From Coleofasciculus sp. B1-GNL1-01 (lineage in GTDB: Bacteria; Cyanobacteriota; Cyanobacteriia; Cyanobacteriales; Coleofasciculaceae): a DNA stretch of 64,000 nt. Every line of letters starts with the position of its first letter. The stretch's first letter is position 1. A program made the translations under genes and the position numbers. The stretch lies in assembly GCA_040220235.1 (NCBI GenBank), contig JAVJTO010000004.1; one strand, written 5' to 3'. Below the pieces are notes generated by a model. That model made no database searches and was not told where the DNA came from. It saw only the letters and a program-made list of their open reading frames with translations. Positions 40,047 to 50,743 of the stretch are shown piece after piece.

Positions 40047-41246
40047 ATGAGTGAGCATAGATACCGATTACTCTTTGTTGTTTCTCATCCAATTCAATAT
40101 GCGGTGCCGCTTTTTCGTTTAATGGCAGAGCATCCAAAACTGGATATACTAGTAGCCTATTGTAGCTTACAAGGAGCAGAACCGGGAATAGACTCGGAAT
40201 TTGGGATAGAAGTAGCATGGGACATTCCATTGCTGGATGGTTATCCTTGGATTTATCTACCCAACCAATCTCCAAAACCAAGGTTAGGTAATTTTTTCGG
40301 ACTGATAAATCTGGGGCTATGGCAGCTTGTACGCACAAATAGTTTTGACGCTGTAGTTGCCTATACAGGTTATGCCTATGCCAGCTTCTGGATTGTGGCA
40401 GCAGCAGCAAAAACTCAGGAAATGGCTCTTCTGTTTGGTACAGATGCTCATGAATTAAGTACCCGAGACAATCAATTGTGGAAAGTTCAGATAAAGAAGT
40501 GGCTATTGCCTCAGATTTTTAGCCTAGCAGATATCGTTATTGTTCTTTCATCTGGGGGATTGAAACTGATGTCTTCTCTGGGCATTCCTCAACAAAGGGT
40601 GCAACTAACGCCTTATGTGGTTGACAATCAATGGTGGATCACTCAGTCAGAACAAGTAAACCGAGAAGTGGTGCGGCAACAGTGGGATATTCCTCAAGCG
40701 GCAGTTGTTGTGCTGTTTTGTGCTAAACTCCAACCTTGGAAGCGCCCCCGGGATGTATTAAAAGCTTTTGCCAAAGCAAATGTTTCTGGTAGCTATCTAG
40801 TATTTGCTGGCGAAGGTCCTTTGCGAATAGAATTGGAAGCAGCAGCTAAAGCGTTGCAGCTTTCAGAGAGAGTCAAATTCCTTGGCTTTGTCAATCAGTC
40901 TCACATGCCCTCTATCTATCGGTCTGCTGATTTGTTTATTTTGCCCTCGGAATATGAACCATTTGGTGTAGTTGTAAACGAGGCAATGCTATGTGGTTGT
41001 CCAGTTACTGTGAGTGATCAAGTCGGTGCCCGTTATGATCTTATCCATCCTAGCGAAACTGGAATAGTATACCCTTGTGGTAATGTGGATGCCTTAGCAG
41101 CAATTTTACAATCGTTGTTGCCGGATAAGAAGCGACTAAAGCGGATGGGAGAAGCCGCTTACCAACGAATGAAAACTTGGTCGCCTCGCGAGAATGTAGA
41201 AGCTTTAGTCAAGGCGATAGAAAGATCTGTAAAACATAAAGCATAA
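40047..41246 (+). CDS. GT4 glycosyltransferase
   Basis: SHPIQY, EPFGVVVNEAM (Ex7E). Confidence 0.9.
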   Translation: MSEHRYRLLFVVSHPIQYAVPLFRLMAEHPKLDILVAYCSLQGAEPGIDSEFGIEVAWDIPLLDGYPWIYLPNQSPKPRLGNFFGLINLGLWQLVRTNSFDAVVAYTGYAYASFWIVAAAAKTQEMALLFGTDAHELSTRDNQLWKVQIKKWLLPQIFSLADIVIVLSSGGLKLMSSLGIPQQRVQLTPYVVDNQWWITQSEQVNREVVRQQWDIPQAAVVVLFCAKLQPWKRPRDVLKAFAKANVSGSYLVFAGEGPLRIELEAAAKALQLSERVKFLGFVNQSHMPSIYRSADLFILPSEYEPFGVVVNEAMLCGCPVTVSDQVGARYDLIHPSETGIVYPCGNVDALAAILQSLLPDKKRLKRMGEAAYQRMKTWSPRENVEALVKAIERSVKHKA

Positions 41247-41271
41247 GACGAAAATTGTTTTTGAGGTTTTA

Positions 41272-41976
41272 ATGTTAAACGATAAGGACAGATATTTAAT
41301 TGTAGGCACTGGACGCTCCGGCTCCAGCTTATTAGCCGCTATTCTAGCGGATGCAGGAGCAGACTTCAATCTACCTAGTGTATTAACATGGAATAGAAGC
41401 TCCGGAGCTTATGAACATCCTAAGCTTATTTGTGCTTGCAAATGGTTTTTTCGATCGCACAAGGCAGCTTTCCTTTCAGACCAATTGCGTCGCTTTTGCG
41501 AAATTAGGATGGAAAGGGAATTATTGCTCCTTTGGCAAGAGGCAGTGTTTGCCAAGTATCCAAATGCAGTTTGGTTGATTCATTTTATCCCCAGGTTAGG
41601 CTATAGTCCTAAGGTAATTTTATCTTATAGAGAATTTACAAGTTTTAGCCTGAGTGAGTATTTAAAAAAAGGAGTATCTATGCCTGATTTAGTGAAAAAG
41701 TATTATGAAATTAATAGTACGGCAATGTTGGCATTAAATGTTTTTGGTGGGGTGGCAGTAAGTTACGAGGAGTTGGTAGATAAAAATGATACAATGTGGG
41801 CAGATGCAATTTCTTCATTAACCAATATAGACAGTCAAAAAATTATATATTTTCGCAATCAGAGAGTCAAAGAGATAAAAAATAAAAACAATTTTTCCAT
41901 TTACTATGATGAGAAAACCACGAATATTTATCAATCCATGGTTGAGTTAAAAGGCAAATTAATAAAAAACAATTGA
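41272..41976 (+). CDS. Sulfotransferase-like protein
   Basis: LIVGTGRSGSSL P-loop-like 5'-PSB motif; SYEEL. Confidence 0.65.
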   Translation: MLNDKDRYLIVGTGRSGSSLLAAILADAGADFNLPSVLTWNRSSGAYEHPKLICACKWFFRSHKAAFLSDQLRRFCEIRMERELLLLWQEAVFAKYPNAVWLIHFIPRLGYSPKVILSYREFTSFSLSEYLKKGVSMPDLVKKYYEINSTAMLALNVFGGVAVSYEELVDKNDTMWADAISSLTNIDSQKIIYFRNQRVKEIKNKNNFSIYYDEKTTNIYQSMVELKGKLIKNN

Positions 41977-42029
41977 CACTAATCCTCCTAAATACCGCTA
42001 CTATGGATAATTAAAGTTGATAATGTATA

Positions 42030-42132
42030 TATAGCAATCCTATTTAGGTTGTGGCAATTTTCAAAAGTGAACCCCCTGCTATACCTAGGTTTCAATCCGT
42101 TCACTTGTTGCATCCTATTTAAAATTGCTATA
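42030..42132. mobile_element. 103-bp MITE-like element (family A), copy 1
   Basis: TATAGCAAT...ATTGCTATA termini; homologous over full length to 48898-49000. Confidence 0.75.
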
Positions 42133-42163
42133 CTGCTTATTCAGAAATTTTACAAGTCAATCA

Positions 42164-43189
42164 ATGAAAATTTTGCTCTCATCCAGGTTGTTTCATCCGA
42201 GCTTAGGTGGCAGTCAGAAAAGTGCAGAACTTTTGGCTCGTGAATTTATAAACCTGGGACAAGAAGTTAAAGTTGTCACCCAAACTATTGGTAGTAATAC
42301 CGCTGCAGATGGTTCCCTGTTTCCATTTGATGTCATTCGCCAACCCAATCCTATACAGTTACTTAAACTTGTCCATTGGTGCGATGTATATTTTCATAAT
42401 GGTATCAGCTTGAGGGATGCTTGGCCGCTTCTTATAATTAGAAAACCTTGGATCATTCGGCATTTATCCTGGCTCCCCTCTGTTGGTATTAGTCATTCAT
42501 CCTTGAGGGGGCGTCTGAAACATTTTATTATCCGATTTTCGGTATCGACTGCAGTCAGTAAAGCAATCGCAGCTCATTTAAGATATCCTTCTACTGTGAT
42601 TCCTAGTCCTTATCTTGATGATTTATTCCGTTTCATTCCTGAAATTAATAGAGACAAAGAACTCATTTTTTTGGGACGGTTAGTTTCGGACAAAGGCGTA
42701 GGATTGTTACTGGAGGCACTGTTTAAGTTAAGAGATAGTGGATTGAAGCCTAAGTTAACAATTATTGGTCAAGGTTCCGAAGAGTATAAGTTGCATCAAA
42801 AAGCTATAGATTTGGGAATCCAAGAGCAAGTGTATTTTATGGGTACAAAGGTTGGCGAAGAACTGGTAGAGATACTCAATGAACATCAGATTATGATTGT
42901 TCCTTCACGGTGGAACGAACCTTCAGGAGGTGTGGCTACGGAAGGAATTGCCTGTGGTTGCGTTGTTGTGGGATCAGAGGGGGGAGGTTTAAAAGATATG
43001 ATTGGTCCTTGTGGACTCACTTTCCCCAATGGGAATGTCAACGCATTAACCGAAATTCTGTTGGATTTATTGAAAAATCCCGATAAAATTGCAACTTACA
43101 GAGCAAAAGCCGCCAAGCATTTGCTAAGCTACAAGAAAAAGACTGTGGCAAAAGCATATTTACAAGTTCTTGAGGCTGCTGTTCAATGA
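42164..43189 (+). CDS. GT4 glycosyltransferase
   Basis: MKILL..F.PS.GG; FLGRL...KG; EPSGGVATE (Ex7E); start moved to the ATG after the MITE. Confidence 0.88.
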   Translation: MKILLSSRLFHPSLGGSQKSAELLAREFINLGQEVKVVTQTIGSNTAADGSLFPFDVIRQPNPIQLLKLVHWCDVYFHNGISLRDAWPLLIIRKPWIIRHLSWLPSVGISHSSLRGRLKHFIIRFSVSTAVSKAIAAHLRYPSTVIPSPYLDDLFRFIPEINRDKELIFLGRLVSDKGVGLLLEALFKLRDSGLKPKLTIIGQGSEEYKLHQKAIDLGIQEQVYFMGTKVGEELVEILNEHQIMIVPSRWNEPSGGVATEGIACGCVVVGSEGGGLKDMIGPCGLTFPNGNVNALTEILLDLLKNPDKIATYRAKAAKHLLSYKKKTVAKAYLQVLEAAVQ

Positions 43190-44595
43190 AATTGCTAATC
43201 GGTCTGTTAGCTGCTATAGTTATATTCTATATTTCATCCCTTAACTGGCGTCACACCGTTAAGGCAGTTTTATTCATTTTGGTGGTTGAAGGAGCATTGC
43301 GAAAATGGATATTTCCGCAAGCGAGCGACCTGATATATTTCTTGAAAGATTTTCTACTTTTAGGAGCTTACTTGAGTTACTTTGGATTTTTAAAATCTAC
43401 TAGACAATCCCGGGTTAAAAATTTATGGATAAATATGCTAATTTTTTTTGTTACAGGTTGGTGTATATTTCAAGCTTTTAATCCCAGTTTAGGGTCGCTG
43501 GTTGTCGGCATTTTTGGACTCAGAGGATACTTGCTTTATATTCCCTTAATTTGGATAATACCAAATCTGTTTCAATCAAGGGGAGAACTAGAACAGTTTC
43601 TGCGTTCACACCTTTTACTAGTGATTCCTGTGGGCATCTTGGGAATTGCCCAATTCTTTAGTCCACCGTCGAGTCCAATTAATGTCTACGCCCCCGGAGA
43701 CGTGGCAGATGTTGCCACATTTGGAGGAGGAACGGGTATTGTCCGAGTGACCGGTACTTTTTCCTACCTCAGCGGTTTCTCTGTCTATTTATTAGTCTGT
43801 TTTGCTTTACTAATACCTCTAGTTTCCCTCAAACAATCTCGCAGGTGGCAGTCTATCTATATTACTGAGCTGCTTTTAGTAGTGGTCAATTCTTTTATGA
43901 CGGGTTCACGAGGTTTGATCATCTCTGAGATTTTGTTTCTGTTTGGTTATTTTGGTATCAGAGCCTTTATTCTGCCTTCAGGTGTTGTGCGCTTAATCAA
44001 ACGGTTCTTTGTACCCATCCTTGGCATTTCTCTGGCTGTTACCTTTTGGTTCCAACCAGCTATTGAGGTATTTTGGATGCGCACTACTTCTAACCAAGAT
44101 TTGCCTGAACGCATTCAGAGAAACTTGACACAACCGTTTGAATTTTTCCAGTATAAAGCACTGGATGGCTATGGTACGGGAGCAACTCACCAAGCGACGC
44201 CAGCCCTGCGTGCAGCTCTGGATCTGCCAAGAGGAGAGTTAATTCCTACCCAATTTGAAGGAGAAATGGGTAAAGTTTCATTAGAAATTGGTCCTATTGG
44301 TTTTTTTCTGTGGTATGCTTTAAGAGCTAGTCTAGTGGTATATTTGGGTTTACTTGTATGGAAATTAAAAATACCATTCTTGCGTCAATTAGCCCTTGCT
44401 GCCTTTCTAATCCATGCCATCAATCTCCGTGGACAAGTAGTTTTTAATCACACATTTTCGATTTATTACTGGTTTCTGGCGGGCTTCATCTTTTTGTTGC
44501 CTAGACTGGAACAGATAGAAAGTTGGCAACAGTACCACCAACAGTTTAAATTCCATGGTCAAATCCCAAATTTCCCTCATTCATCCAACCAGTAA
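43186..44595 (+). CDS. Wzy polymerase / O-antigen-ligase-like membrane protein
   Basis: ~10-12 TM helices; R.TGTFS, TGSR, G.GTG motifs. Confidence 0.65.
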   Translation: MKLLIGLLAAIVIFYISSLNWRHTVKAVLFILVVEGALRKWIFPQASDLIYFLKDFLLLGAYLSYFGFLKSTRQSRVKNLWINMLIFFVTGWCIFQAFNPSLGSLVVGIFGLRGYLLYIPLIWIIPNLFQSRGELEQFLRSHLLLVIPVGILGIAQFFSPPSSPINVYAPGDVADVATFGGGTGIVRVTGTFSYLSGFSVYLLVCFALLIPLVSLKQSRRWQSIYITELLLVVVNSFMTGSRGLIISEILFLFGYFGIRAFILPSGVVRLIKRFFVPILGISLAVTFWFQPAIEVFWMRTTSNQDLPERIQRNLTQPFEFFQYKALDGYGTGATHQATPALRAALDLPRGELIPTQFEGEMGKVSLEIGPIGFFLWYALRASLVVYLGLLVWKLKIPFLRQLALAAFLIHAINLRGQVVFNHTFSIYYWFLAGFIFLLPRLEQIESWQQYHQQFKFHGQIPNFPHSSNQ

Positions 44596-45814
44596 TCCCT
44601 TTGCTCGCAATGCGGCAATCGCTTTAGCGGAAGCGGGTTTACTAGAGGAAGTAATCACAACGTTTATTTACAATCCTCAAGGAACTATTGCATCTTACTT
44701 AAGACTATTTCCCTCACAACTCAGGAAATCTATTGTCCAAGAACTAGGACGGCGCACTTGGATATCTCCAAATGGAGTACCTATAAGAATAAGAACCCAT
44801 CCCTGGCGAGAAATCCTACGAGTAGCCCTGGTAAAAACAGGTCTTGGTCAGCGTTTAGGCTTTGGACAACATGGACCTATCGATTGGGTTTATGCTTGCC
44901 TAGATCGCCACGTTGCTAAGTATCATCTTCAAAACCTTGATGCTGTTTACGGTTACGAAGATGGTGCAGCTACTACGTTTCAAACTGCTAAGCAAAGAGG
45001 CATCCTGTGCTTATATGATCTACCTATTCCCTTTTACCGCTTGAGTCGAGCTATCCAATTGGAAGAAGCCGAACGATTTCCGGAGTTAGCACCAGCACTG
45101 CAAGCGATTCAGGAGCCTGCTTGGAAGATTGAGCGTAAGGAGCAGGAAGTCCAGTTAGCTGATCATATATTTGTAGCATCTTCATTTACTAAAACATCTT
45201 TACTAGAGGTTGGTGTAAAATCTGAAAAAATTAGTATTATTCCCTACGGTGCGCCAACTGACTATTTTCAACCTAAACCCAAATCGGATAAACTGTTCCG
45301 AGCTTTATTTGTGGGTCGTGTTAGTCCCCGAAAAGGAGTTCACTATTTACTAGAAGCATGGCAGCAATTAAAGTTACCTGAAGCCGAGTTGTTGTTGGTT
45401 GGAATTAACGAATTTCCTCAAGGCTGGCTCGCTCAGTATAGTGATGCTTTTAGCTATATTCCCTCTGTACCTCATAACTCGTTAAATCAATACTACAGTG
45501 CTGCTAGTGTTTTTGTTTTTCCATCCTTAGTTGAAGGGTTTGGGCTAGTACTCTTAGAAGCAATGGCTTGTGGTATTCCTGTAATTACTACACCTAACAC
45601 AGCAGGCTCTGATATCATTACCAATGGTGTAGAAGGTTTTATTATACCTATTAGAAGCGTAGAAGCCTTAAAGGAAAAACTGGAGTGGTGCTATAGTCAT
45701 CCCCTAGAGTTGGCTCGTATGGCACAAGCCGCTCATTGTAAAGCCGAAGAAAATACATGGAAAGTTTACCGCAAAAAAATGGCAACTATAGTGCAGAAGA
45801 TTTTATTTGATTAA
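44555..45814 (+). CDS. GT4 glycosyltransferase
   Basis: FVGR...RKG; EGFGLVLLEAMACG. Confidence 0.9.
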   Translation: MVKSQISLIHPTSNPFARNAAIALAEAGLLEEVITTFIYNPQGTIASYLRLFPSQLRKSIVQELGRRTWISPNGVPIRIRTHPWREILRVALVKTGLGQRLGFGQHGPIDWVYACLDRHVAKYHLQNLDAVYGYEDGAATTFQTAKQRGILCLYDLPIPFYRLSRAIQLEEAERFPELAPALQAIQEPAWKIERKEQEVQLADHIFVASSFTKTSLLEVGVKSEKISIIPYGAPTDYFQPKPKSDKLFRALFVGRVSPRKGVHYLLEAWQQLKLPEAELLLVGINEFPQGWLAQYSDAFSYIPSVPHNSLNQYYSAASVFVFPSLVEGFGLVLLEAMACGIPVITTPNTAGSDIITNGVEGFIIPIRSVEALKEKLEWCYSHPLELARMAQAAHCKAEENTWKVYRKKMATIVQKILFD

Positions 45815-45883
45815 AATATTTATATTTATTTGTCTTGATCCTCCTACGTTAAAAATCAATTAAATATTAAAAAAACTAAAAAA

Positions 45884-47026
45884 ATGAAAGAAATACATTT
45901 ATGGAGTCCTAATATATTTAATTTCAAAGGTGGCATCCAATTGTTTTTAGATACCTTCATAAAGGTAATGCAGCAAATTGCTCCAAATAAAAACTATCAT
46001 ATTTTCCTGAAACACGATAATAGATTGTATTCAAAAATACCATTTTATAGAAATACAAAATTTCACTTTTATGGGCAATTATTCTTGCCATTAAGAACAT
46101 TTATATTTGCTGTTAATATTTTAATTTATGGATTCTGGAAACAGCCAACTCTAATTATAGCAGGTCATGTCAATTTCACGCCAGTTGCTTATTGGCTAAA
46201 ATGTATAGTTGGAGTTCCATATTGGATAATAGTTTATGGTGTAGATGCTTGGAATATTGAGCGTCCAGCCCTAAAGACTGCTCTAGCTAATGCCGAATAC
46301 ATCCTTTCCATCAGTAGTTACACCCGTGATCGCCTCCTCAAAGAGCAAAATATCGACCCAGCTAAAATTTCACTTTTACCCTGTACTTTAAATGCCGATC
46401 AATTTAAAGTTACTTCTAAACCTCAATATTTACTAAAACGGTATGGACTGACAGCAAATCAACCGATTATTTTGACTGTAGCTAGATTAGACAGTAGCGA
46501 GAAATACAAAGGATATGATAAGATTCTGCTAGCCCTACCGGAAATTCGTAATAAAATTCTAGATGTTCACTATATCCTAGTTGGTAAGGGAAGCGATCGC
46601 GCCCGCATTGAACAACTCATCACCAGCCTCAACCTCCAAGATTGTGTTACCTTAACGGGCTTTGTTCCCGATGAGGAATTGTGTGATCATTATAATCTTT
46701 GTGATGTGTTTGCTATGCCCAGTAAAGGTGAGGGATTTGGCATTGTTTACCTAGAAGCCCTAGCTTGTGGTAAGCCTACCATTGGTGGCAATCAGGATGG
46801 AGCAATCGATGCACTTTGTCAAGGAGAATTGGGTGTGTTGGTCGATCCTGATAATATAGAGGAGATAACCAAAACCATCATTCAAATCTTGCAAGGTATC
46901 TATCCCCATCCCCTCCTTTATCAACCTGAACTACTGCGCCAGAAAGTTATCAAAACTTATGGGTTTGAGCGCTTTAAAGAAACTTTGGCAGAATTACTCC
47001 AAACAACGGAACTGGGAGTGCAATAG
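45884..47026 (+). CDS. GT4 glycosyltransferase
   Basis: LTVARL...KYKG; EGFGIVYLEALACG. Confidence 0.9.
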   Translation: MKEIHLWSPNIFNFKGGIQLFLDTFIKVMQQIAPNKNYHIFLKHDNRLYSKIPFYRNTKFHFYGQLFLPLRTFIFAVNILIYGFWKQPTLIIAGHVNFTPVAYWLKCIVGVPYWIIVYGVDAWNIERPALKTALANAEYILSISSYTRDRLLKEQNIDPAKISLLPCTLNADQFKVTSKPQYLLKRYGLTANQPIILTVARLDSSEKYKGYDKILLALPEIRNKILDVHYILVGKGSDRARIEQLITSLNLQDCVTLTGFVPDEELCDHYNLCDVFAMPSKGEGFGIVYLEALACGKPTIGGNQDGAIDALCQGELGVLVDPDNIEEITKTIIQILQGIYPHPLLYQPELLRQKVIKTYGFERFKETLAELLQTTELGVQ

Positions 47027-48226
47027 GTGAAAGTTCTACACGTTATTCCCTCCGTTAGTCCAGCTTTAGGGGGTCCTACACAGGTTGTACTTAACTTAGT
47101 TCAAGTATTGCGAAAATGGGGTATTGATGCTGAAATTGTCACCACTAATGACAACGGTGCAAGACTTTTAGATGTACCATTAAATCAACGCATTACATAT
47201 AGACAGGTTCCTGTTTGGTTTCTGCCGCGATTTTCTCCACCTTTAAAAGAGTTTATCTTTTCGACAGCACTGACTCAATGGTTGTGGCAGCATATTCAGG
47301 ACTATGATATCCTAGACAACCATTATCTTTTCTCCTACGCCTCCACCTGTGCTGGTGCGATCGCTCGCTGGTATCAAATTCCCTATACCGTCCGTACCAT
47401 GGGTCAACTCAGCCCTTGGGCATTGGAGCAAAGTAGGTTAAAAAAACAACTATACACCTTCCTAATTGAACGTCGCAATCTCAACCGTTCTGCTGCTATT
47501 CACTGCACATCAGCTAGTGAAGCCCAAGATGTGCGTAACTTTGGCATTCCAACTCCCACCGTTACCCTTCCTCTAGGGGTGAACTTACTTCCAGATTTCC
47601 CGGAAGCTAAACAGAATTTACGTCATCGCTATGGAATACCGAATCAAAAGCCAATTGTACTGTTTTTATCTCGCCTGCACTATAAAAAGCGTCCCGGTTT
47701 GTTAATCCAAGCCCTTAGCAAACTCACTGTTCAAAACTATGATTTTCACCTGATATTGGCGGGTTCAGGTGAACCAGACTATGTGAATCATCTACAAAAA
47801 TTAGTTGCCTCTCTTGGTTTAGTGAAATATACATCATTTGCGGGTTTTGTTACGGGTGAAGATAAAAACTTACTCCTTCAAGGTTCTGATATTTTTGTCC
47901 TCCCTTCTTTTTCCGAAAATTTCGGAGTAGCAGTAGCCGAAGCCATGGCGGCGGGATTACCCGTGATTGTTACGCCGGGAGTACAAATTTCACCCGAAAT
48001 TGCTGAAGCCAACGCGGGATTAGTTGTAGAGGGAGATGTTGAGACTCTTGCTGATGCGATCGCGACTTTGCTAAACTCTCCTCATCTACGCCATGAACTC
48101 GGCGAGAATGGCAAGCGCTTGGTGAGTCATCGATATTCCTGGAAGGTGATCGCTCAAAATCTGATTTCTGTCTATACTGCAATAATCGAGGGGAAACCTT
48201 TGCCGGATCATCTCAGTAATTATTGA
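47027..48226 (+). CDS. GT4 glycosyltransferase
   Basis: LHVIPS...GG; FLSRL..KK; ENFGVAVAEAMAAG. Confidence 0.9.
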   Translation: MKVLHVIPSVSPALGGPTQVVLNLVQVLRKWGIDAEIVTTNDNGARLLDVPLNQRITYRQVPVWFLPRFSPPLKEFIFSTALTQWLWQHIQDYDILDNHYLFSYASTCAGAIARWYQIPYTVRTMGQLSPWALEQSRLKKQLYTFLIERRNLNRSAAIHCTSASEAQDVRNFGIPTPTVTLPLGVNLLPDFPEAKQNLRHRYGIPNQKPIVLFLSRLHYKKRPGLLIQALSKLTVQNYDFHLILAGSGEPDYVNHLQKLVASLGLVKYTSFAGFVTGEDKNLLLQGSDIFVLPSFSENFGVAVAEAMAAGLPVIVTPGVQISPEIAEANAGLVVEGDVETLADAIATLLNSPHLRHELGENGKRLVSHRYSWKVIAQNLISVYTAIIEGKPLPDHLSNY

Positions 48227-48891
48227 TCAGCCGTCAAATCAGTGACATTTCCCCCTATCCCGCTAGTACAAATATTCTGGTGAAAATCTGCCGTCATCAA
48301 TTTAAATGGAGATGCTGTTTAACCAGCGCTACTCTGATCCTGATCCTACTGAGTATCATTCCCCTGCGGCTGGCGATCGCACAATACCAATCCCCTCATC
48401 CCCAAGCTATTCTAACCTTAGGCGGTGGGCGCGATCGCGAACGATTCACCGCCCAATTTGCCCAAACTCACCCCTCCCTAGATATCTGGGTGTCTAGTGG
48501 TTCACCCCCAGACGTTTTGTATGCTATTTTCCAAAACGCCAATATTCCGATCCAGCGCATTCATCTCGACTATCGCGCTGTTGATACCGTCACCAATTTT
48601 ACCTCCCTAGTGGCTGACTTCAAACGCCACCAAATCCAACATATCTACCTAATCACCTCAGACTATCATATCCCTAGAGCCAAAGCGATCGCGACTCTTG
48701 TCCTTGGAAGCCAAAGCATCACTTTCACCCCAGTCGCCGTACCCTCCAACCAACCCCCTGAATCCTGGCTACGGATTCTTCGTGATAGCATTCGCGCCCT
48801 ACTCTGGATTATCACAGGTCATACTGGCGCTAGACTTAAACCACAATTGATTTCCTTTGTCCTTCGTTATTTATCCTTTGTCCTTTGTTAG
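48223..48891 (+). CDS. YdcF/DUF218 family protein (paralogue of 7828-8442)
   Basis: ILTLGG...RE; AVDTVTNFT; YLITSDYH.PRA. Confidence 0.85.
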   Translation: MISRQISDISPYPASTNILVKICRHQFKWRCCLTSATLILILLSIIPLRLAIAQYQSPHPQAILTLGGGRDRERFTAQFAQTHPSLDIWVSSGSPPDVLYAIFQNANIPIQRIHLDYRAVDTVTNFTSLVADFKRHQIQHIYLITSDYHIPRAKAIATLVLGSQSITFTPVAVPSNQPPESWLRILRDSIRALLWIITGHTGARLKPQLISFVLRYLSFVLC

Positions 48892-48897
48892 TTGTCA

Positions 48898-49000
48898 TAT
48901 AGCAATCCTATTTAGGTTGTGGCAATTTTCAAAAATGAAACCCTTGCTATACCTGGGTTTCGAGCATTTCGCTTGTTGCATCCTATTTAGGATTGCTATA
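48898..49000. mobile_element. 103-bp MITE-like element (family A), copy 2
   Basis: Perfect 13-bp TIR TATAGCAATCCTA/TAGGATTGCTATA; internal GAAACCC...GGGTTTC hairpin. Confidence 0.8.
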
Positions 49001-49113
49001 TCATTGACTTAAAACGAATATTGTTGACTTAAGAGAAATATCGTTAACTTGGACACTAGAAAAGGAATTTATTCTCTTTAAGCTTAAAGTAAAAATCAAG
49101 CTTATTAGGTAAT

Positions 49114-49219
49114 TATAGCAAATCGCTAGGCGTGTATTTACAACTCCCGTACCTGAAACTGAGTCCAGATGGGATGTTTGTACAAACAAAGTGTAACTAG
49201 ACCAGCGCGAAGCGCTATA
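49114..49219. mobile_element. ~106-bp MITE-like element (family B)
   Basis: TATAGC...GCTATA termini; shared blocks with 19771-19874. Confidence 0.6.
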
Positions 49220-49284
49220 ATTTAACCCGTTTTAACGGGTTTTAGCTTTTAGCCCGAACTTGAGTTCAGGGCTTTAGTCAGTGC

Positions 49285-50700
49285 TTACCCACCACTATTC
49301 ATCGCCATCACGATAAAACGCAGCACAAAAATCCCCGCCAAAACCCACACCGCGATCGCGACTTCCTGGGCTTTCCCCTGAAAGCCTTTAATTAACGGGT
49401 AAGTAATCAATCCAATCGCCAAACCTTCCGCGATCGAATACGTCAATGGCATCATTAAAATCGTTAAAAAGGAAGGAATTGATTCTGCTGGATCATCCCA
49501 GTGAATCCCCCGCAAATTCCCCGCCATTAATACTCCCACAATTACCAATGCTGGCGTCGTGGCAAACGGCGGAATTCCGGAAAGTAACGGAATAAAAAAT
49601 ATCGAACCCATAAACAAAAACGCCACAACAACAGCCGTAAACCCCGTGCGCCCCCCTTCCGTAATCCCTGAAGCTGACTCAATATACGTCGTCACCGTCG
49701 AGGTTCCCAAAACCGCCCCTACTGTTGTCCCCACCGCATCCGCCATCAATGCTTGATTCGCCCTAGGCAATTCCCCTTGTTCGTTAATATAGCCCGCCTG
49801 CATCCCCACCCCAGTCAGCGTACCCACGGTGTCAAATAAATCCACAAACAGAAACACAAACACCACCGCCAGGAAATCCCAGCTATTCACCTGATTGATT
49901 TTAGCCAATCCCGCGATCGCAACTCCGACTAAATCCACGGGTAACTCAGGAACACCAATAATCCCCTGGGGTAACGGAGACACGCCGAGAATCCAGGCTA
50001 GCGCCGCCGTTGCCAAAATCCCCCATAGCAGCGCCCCGGTGAGGCGACGGGCGACAAATGCGGAGGTAATTAGGATACCCGCGATTGCAATTAATGTCGA
50101 AGGTTGACTCAAGTCCCCTAATTTCGTTTTCGTCACCGCATCAGCAGCGATAATCCCCGCCCCACTTAAGGCAATATAGGCGATAAATAAGCCAATTCCA
50201 GCCGCCGTTGCCCGTTTCAGACAATCGGGGATCGCTTTGACGATTAAATGACGGACATTTGACAGGGTTAGGGCAATAAAAATCAACCCTTCGATTAAGA
50301 TAGCAGAAAGGGCAATTCGCCAGTCGATACCTAATCCCAATACCACCGAGTAGGTAAAAAAGGCATTAAGTCCCATACCGGGGGCAAGGGCAAGGGGATA
50401 ATTCGCCCACAATCCCATAACTAGGGTAGCAATTGCCGCAGAAAGTGCTGTGGCGATGACCAATTCATTAAACAAATCTCCTGATGCTTGTAAAAAAATG
50501 GCATCGGATAAAATTCCCGGATTCACGACTAAGATATAAGCCATCGTCATAAAGGTGGTGAACCCTGCCAATAGTTCTATGCGGATGGTGGTTTGGTATC
50601 GATCAAATTTAAATAATTTAGCCAAAACTCCCGGCTGTTTCGCTGGTTGTCCAGACGGATTAGCCGGGGAATGCTTCTGATTTGGATCATGATGACTCAT
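49285..50700 (-). CDS. NCS2/AzgA-like purine permease
   Basis: TTF.TMAYI..VNP, APGMGLNAFF, DLFDTVGT, TYIESASG..EGGRTG, MPLTYSIA.G. Confidence 0.92.
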   Translation of the reverse strand: MSHHDPNQKHSPANPSGQPAKQPGVLAKLFKFDRYQTTIRIELLAGFTTFMTMAYILVVNPGILSDAIFLQASGDLFNELVIATALSAAIATLVMGLWANYPLALAPGMGLNAFFTYSVVLGLGIDWRIALSAILIEGLIFIALTLSNVRHLIVKAIPDCLKRATAAGIGLFIAYIALSGAGIIAADAVTKTKLGDLSQPSTLIAIAGILITSAFVARRLTGALLWGILATAALAWILGVSPLPQGIIGVPELPVDLVGVAIAGLAKINQVNSWDFLAVVFVFLFVDLFDTVGTLTGVGMQAGYINEQGELPRANQALMADAVGTTVGAVLGTSTVTTYIESASGITEGGRTGFTAVVVAFLFMGSIFFIPLLSGIPPFATTPALVIVGVLMAGNLRGIHWDDPAESIPSFLTILMMPLTYSIAEGLAIGLITYPLIKGFQGKAQEVAIAVWVLAGIFVLRFIVMAMNSGG

Positions 50701-50743
50701 AAGTGTCGCCTGAGATGCCCTAAGATTTAGCCATTAGTATTAT

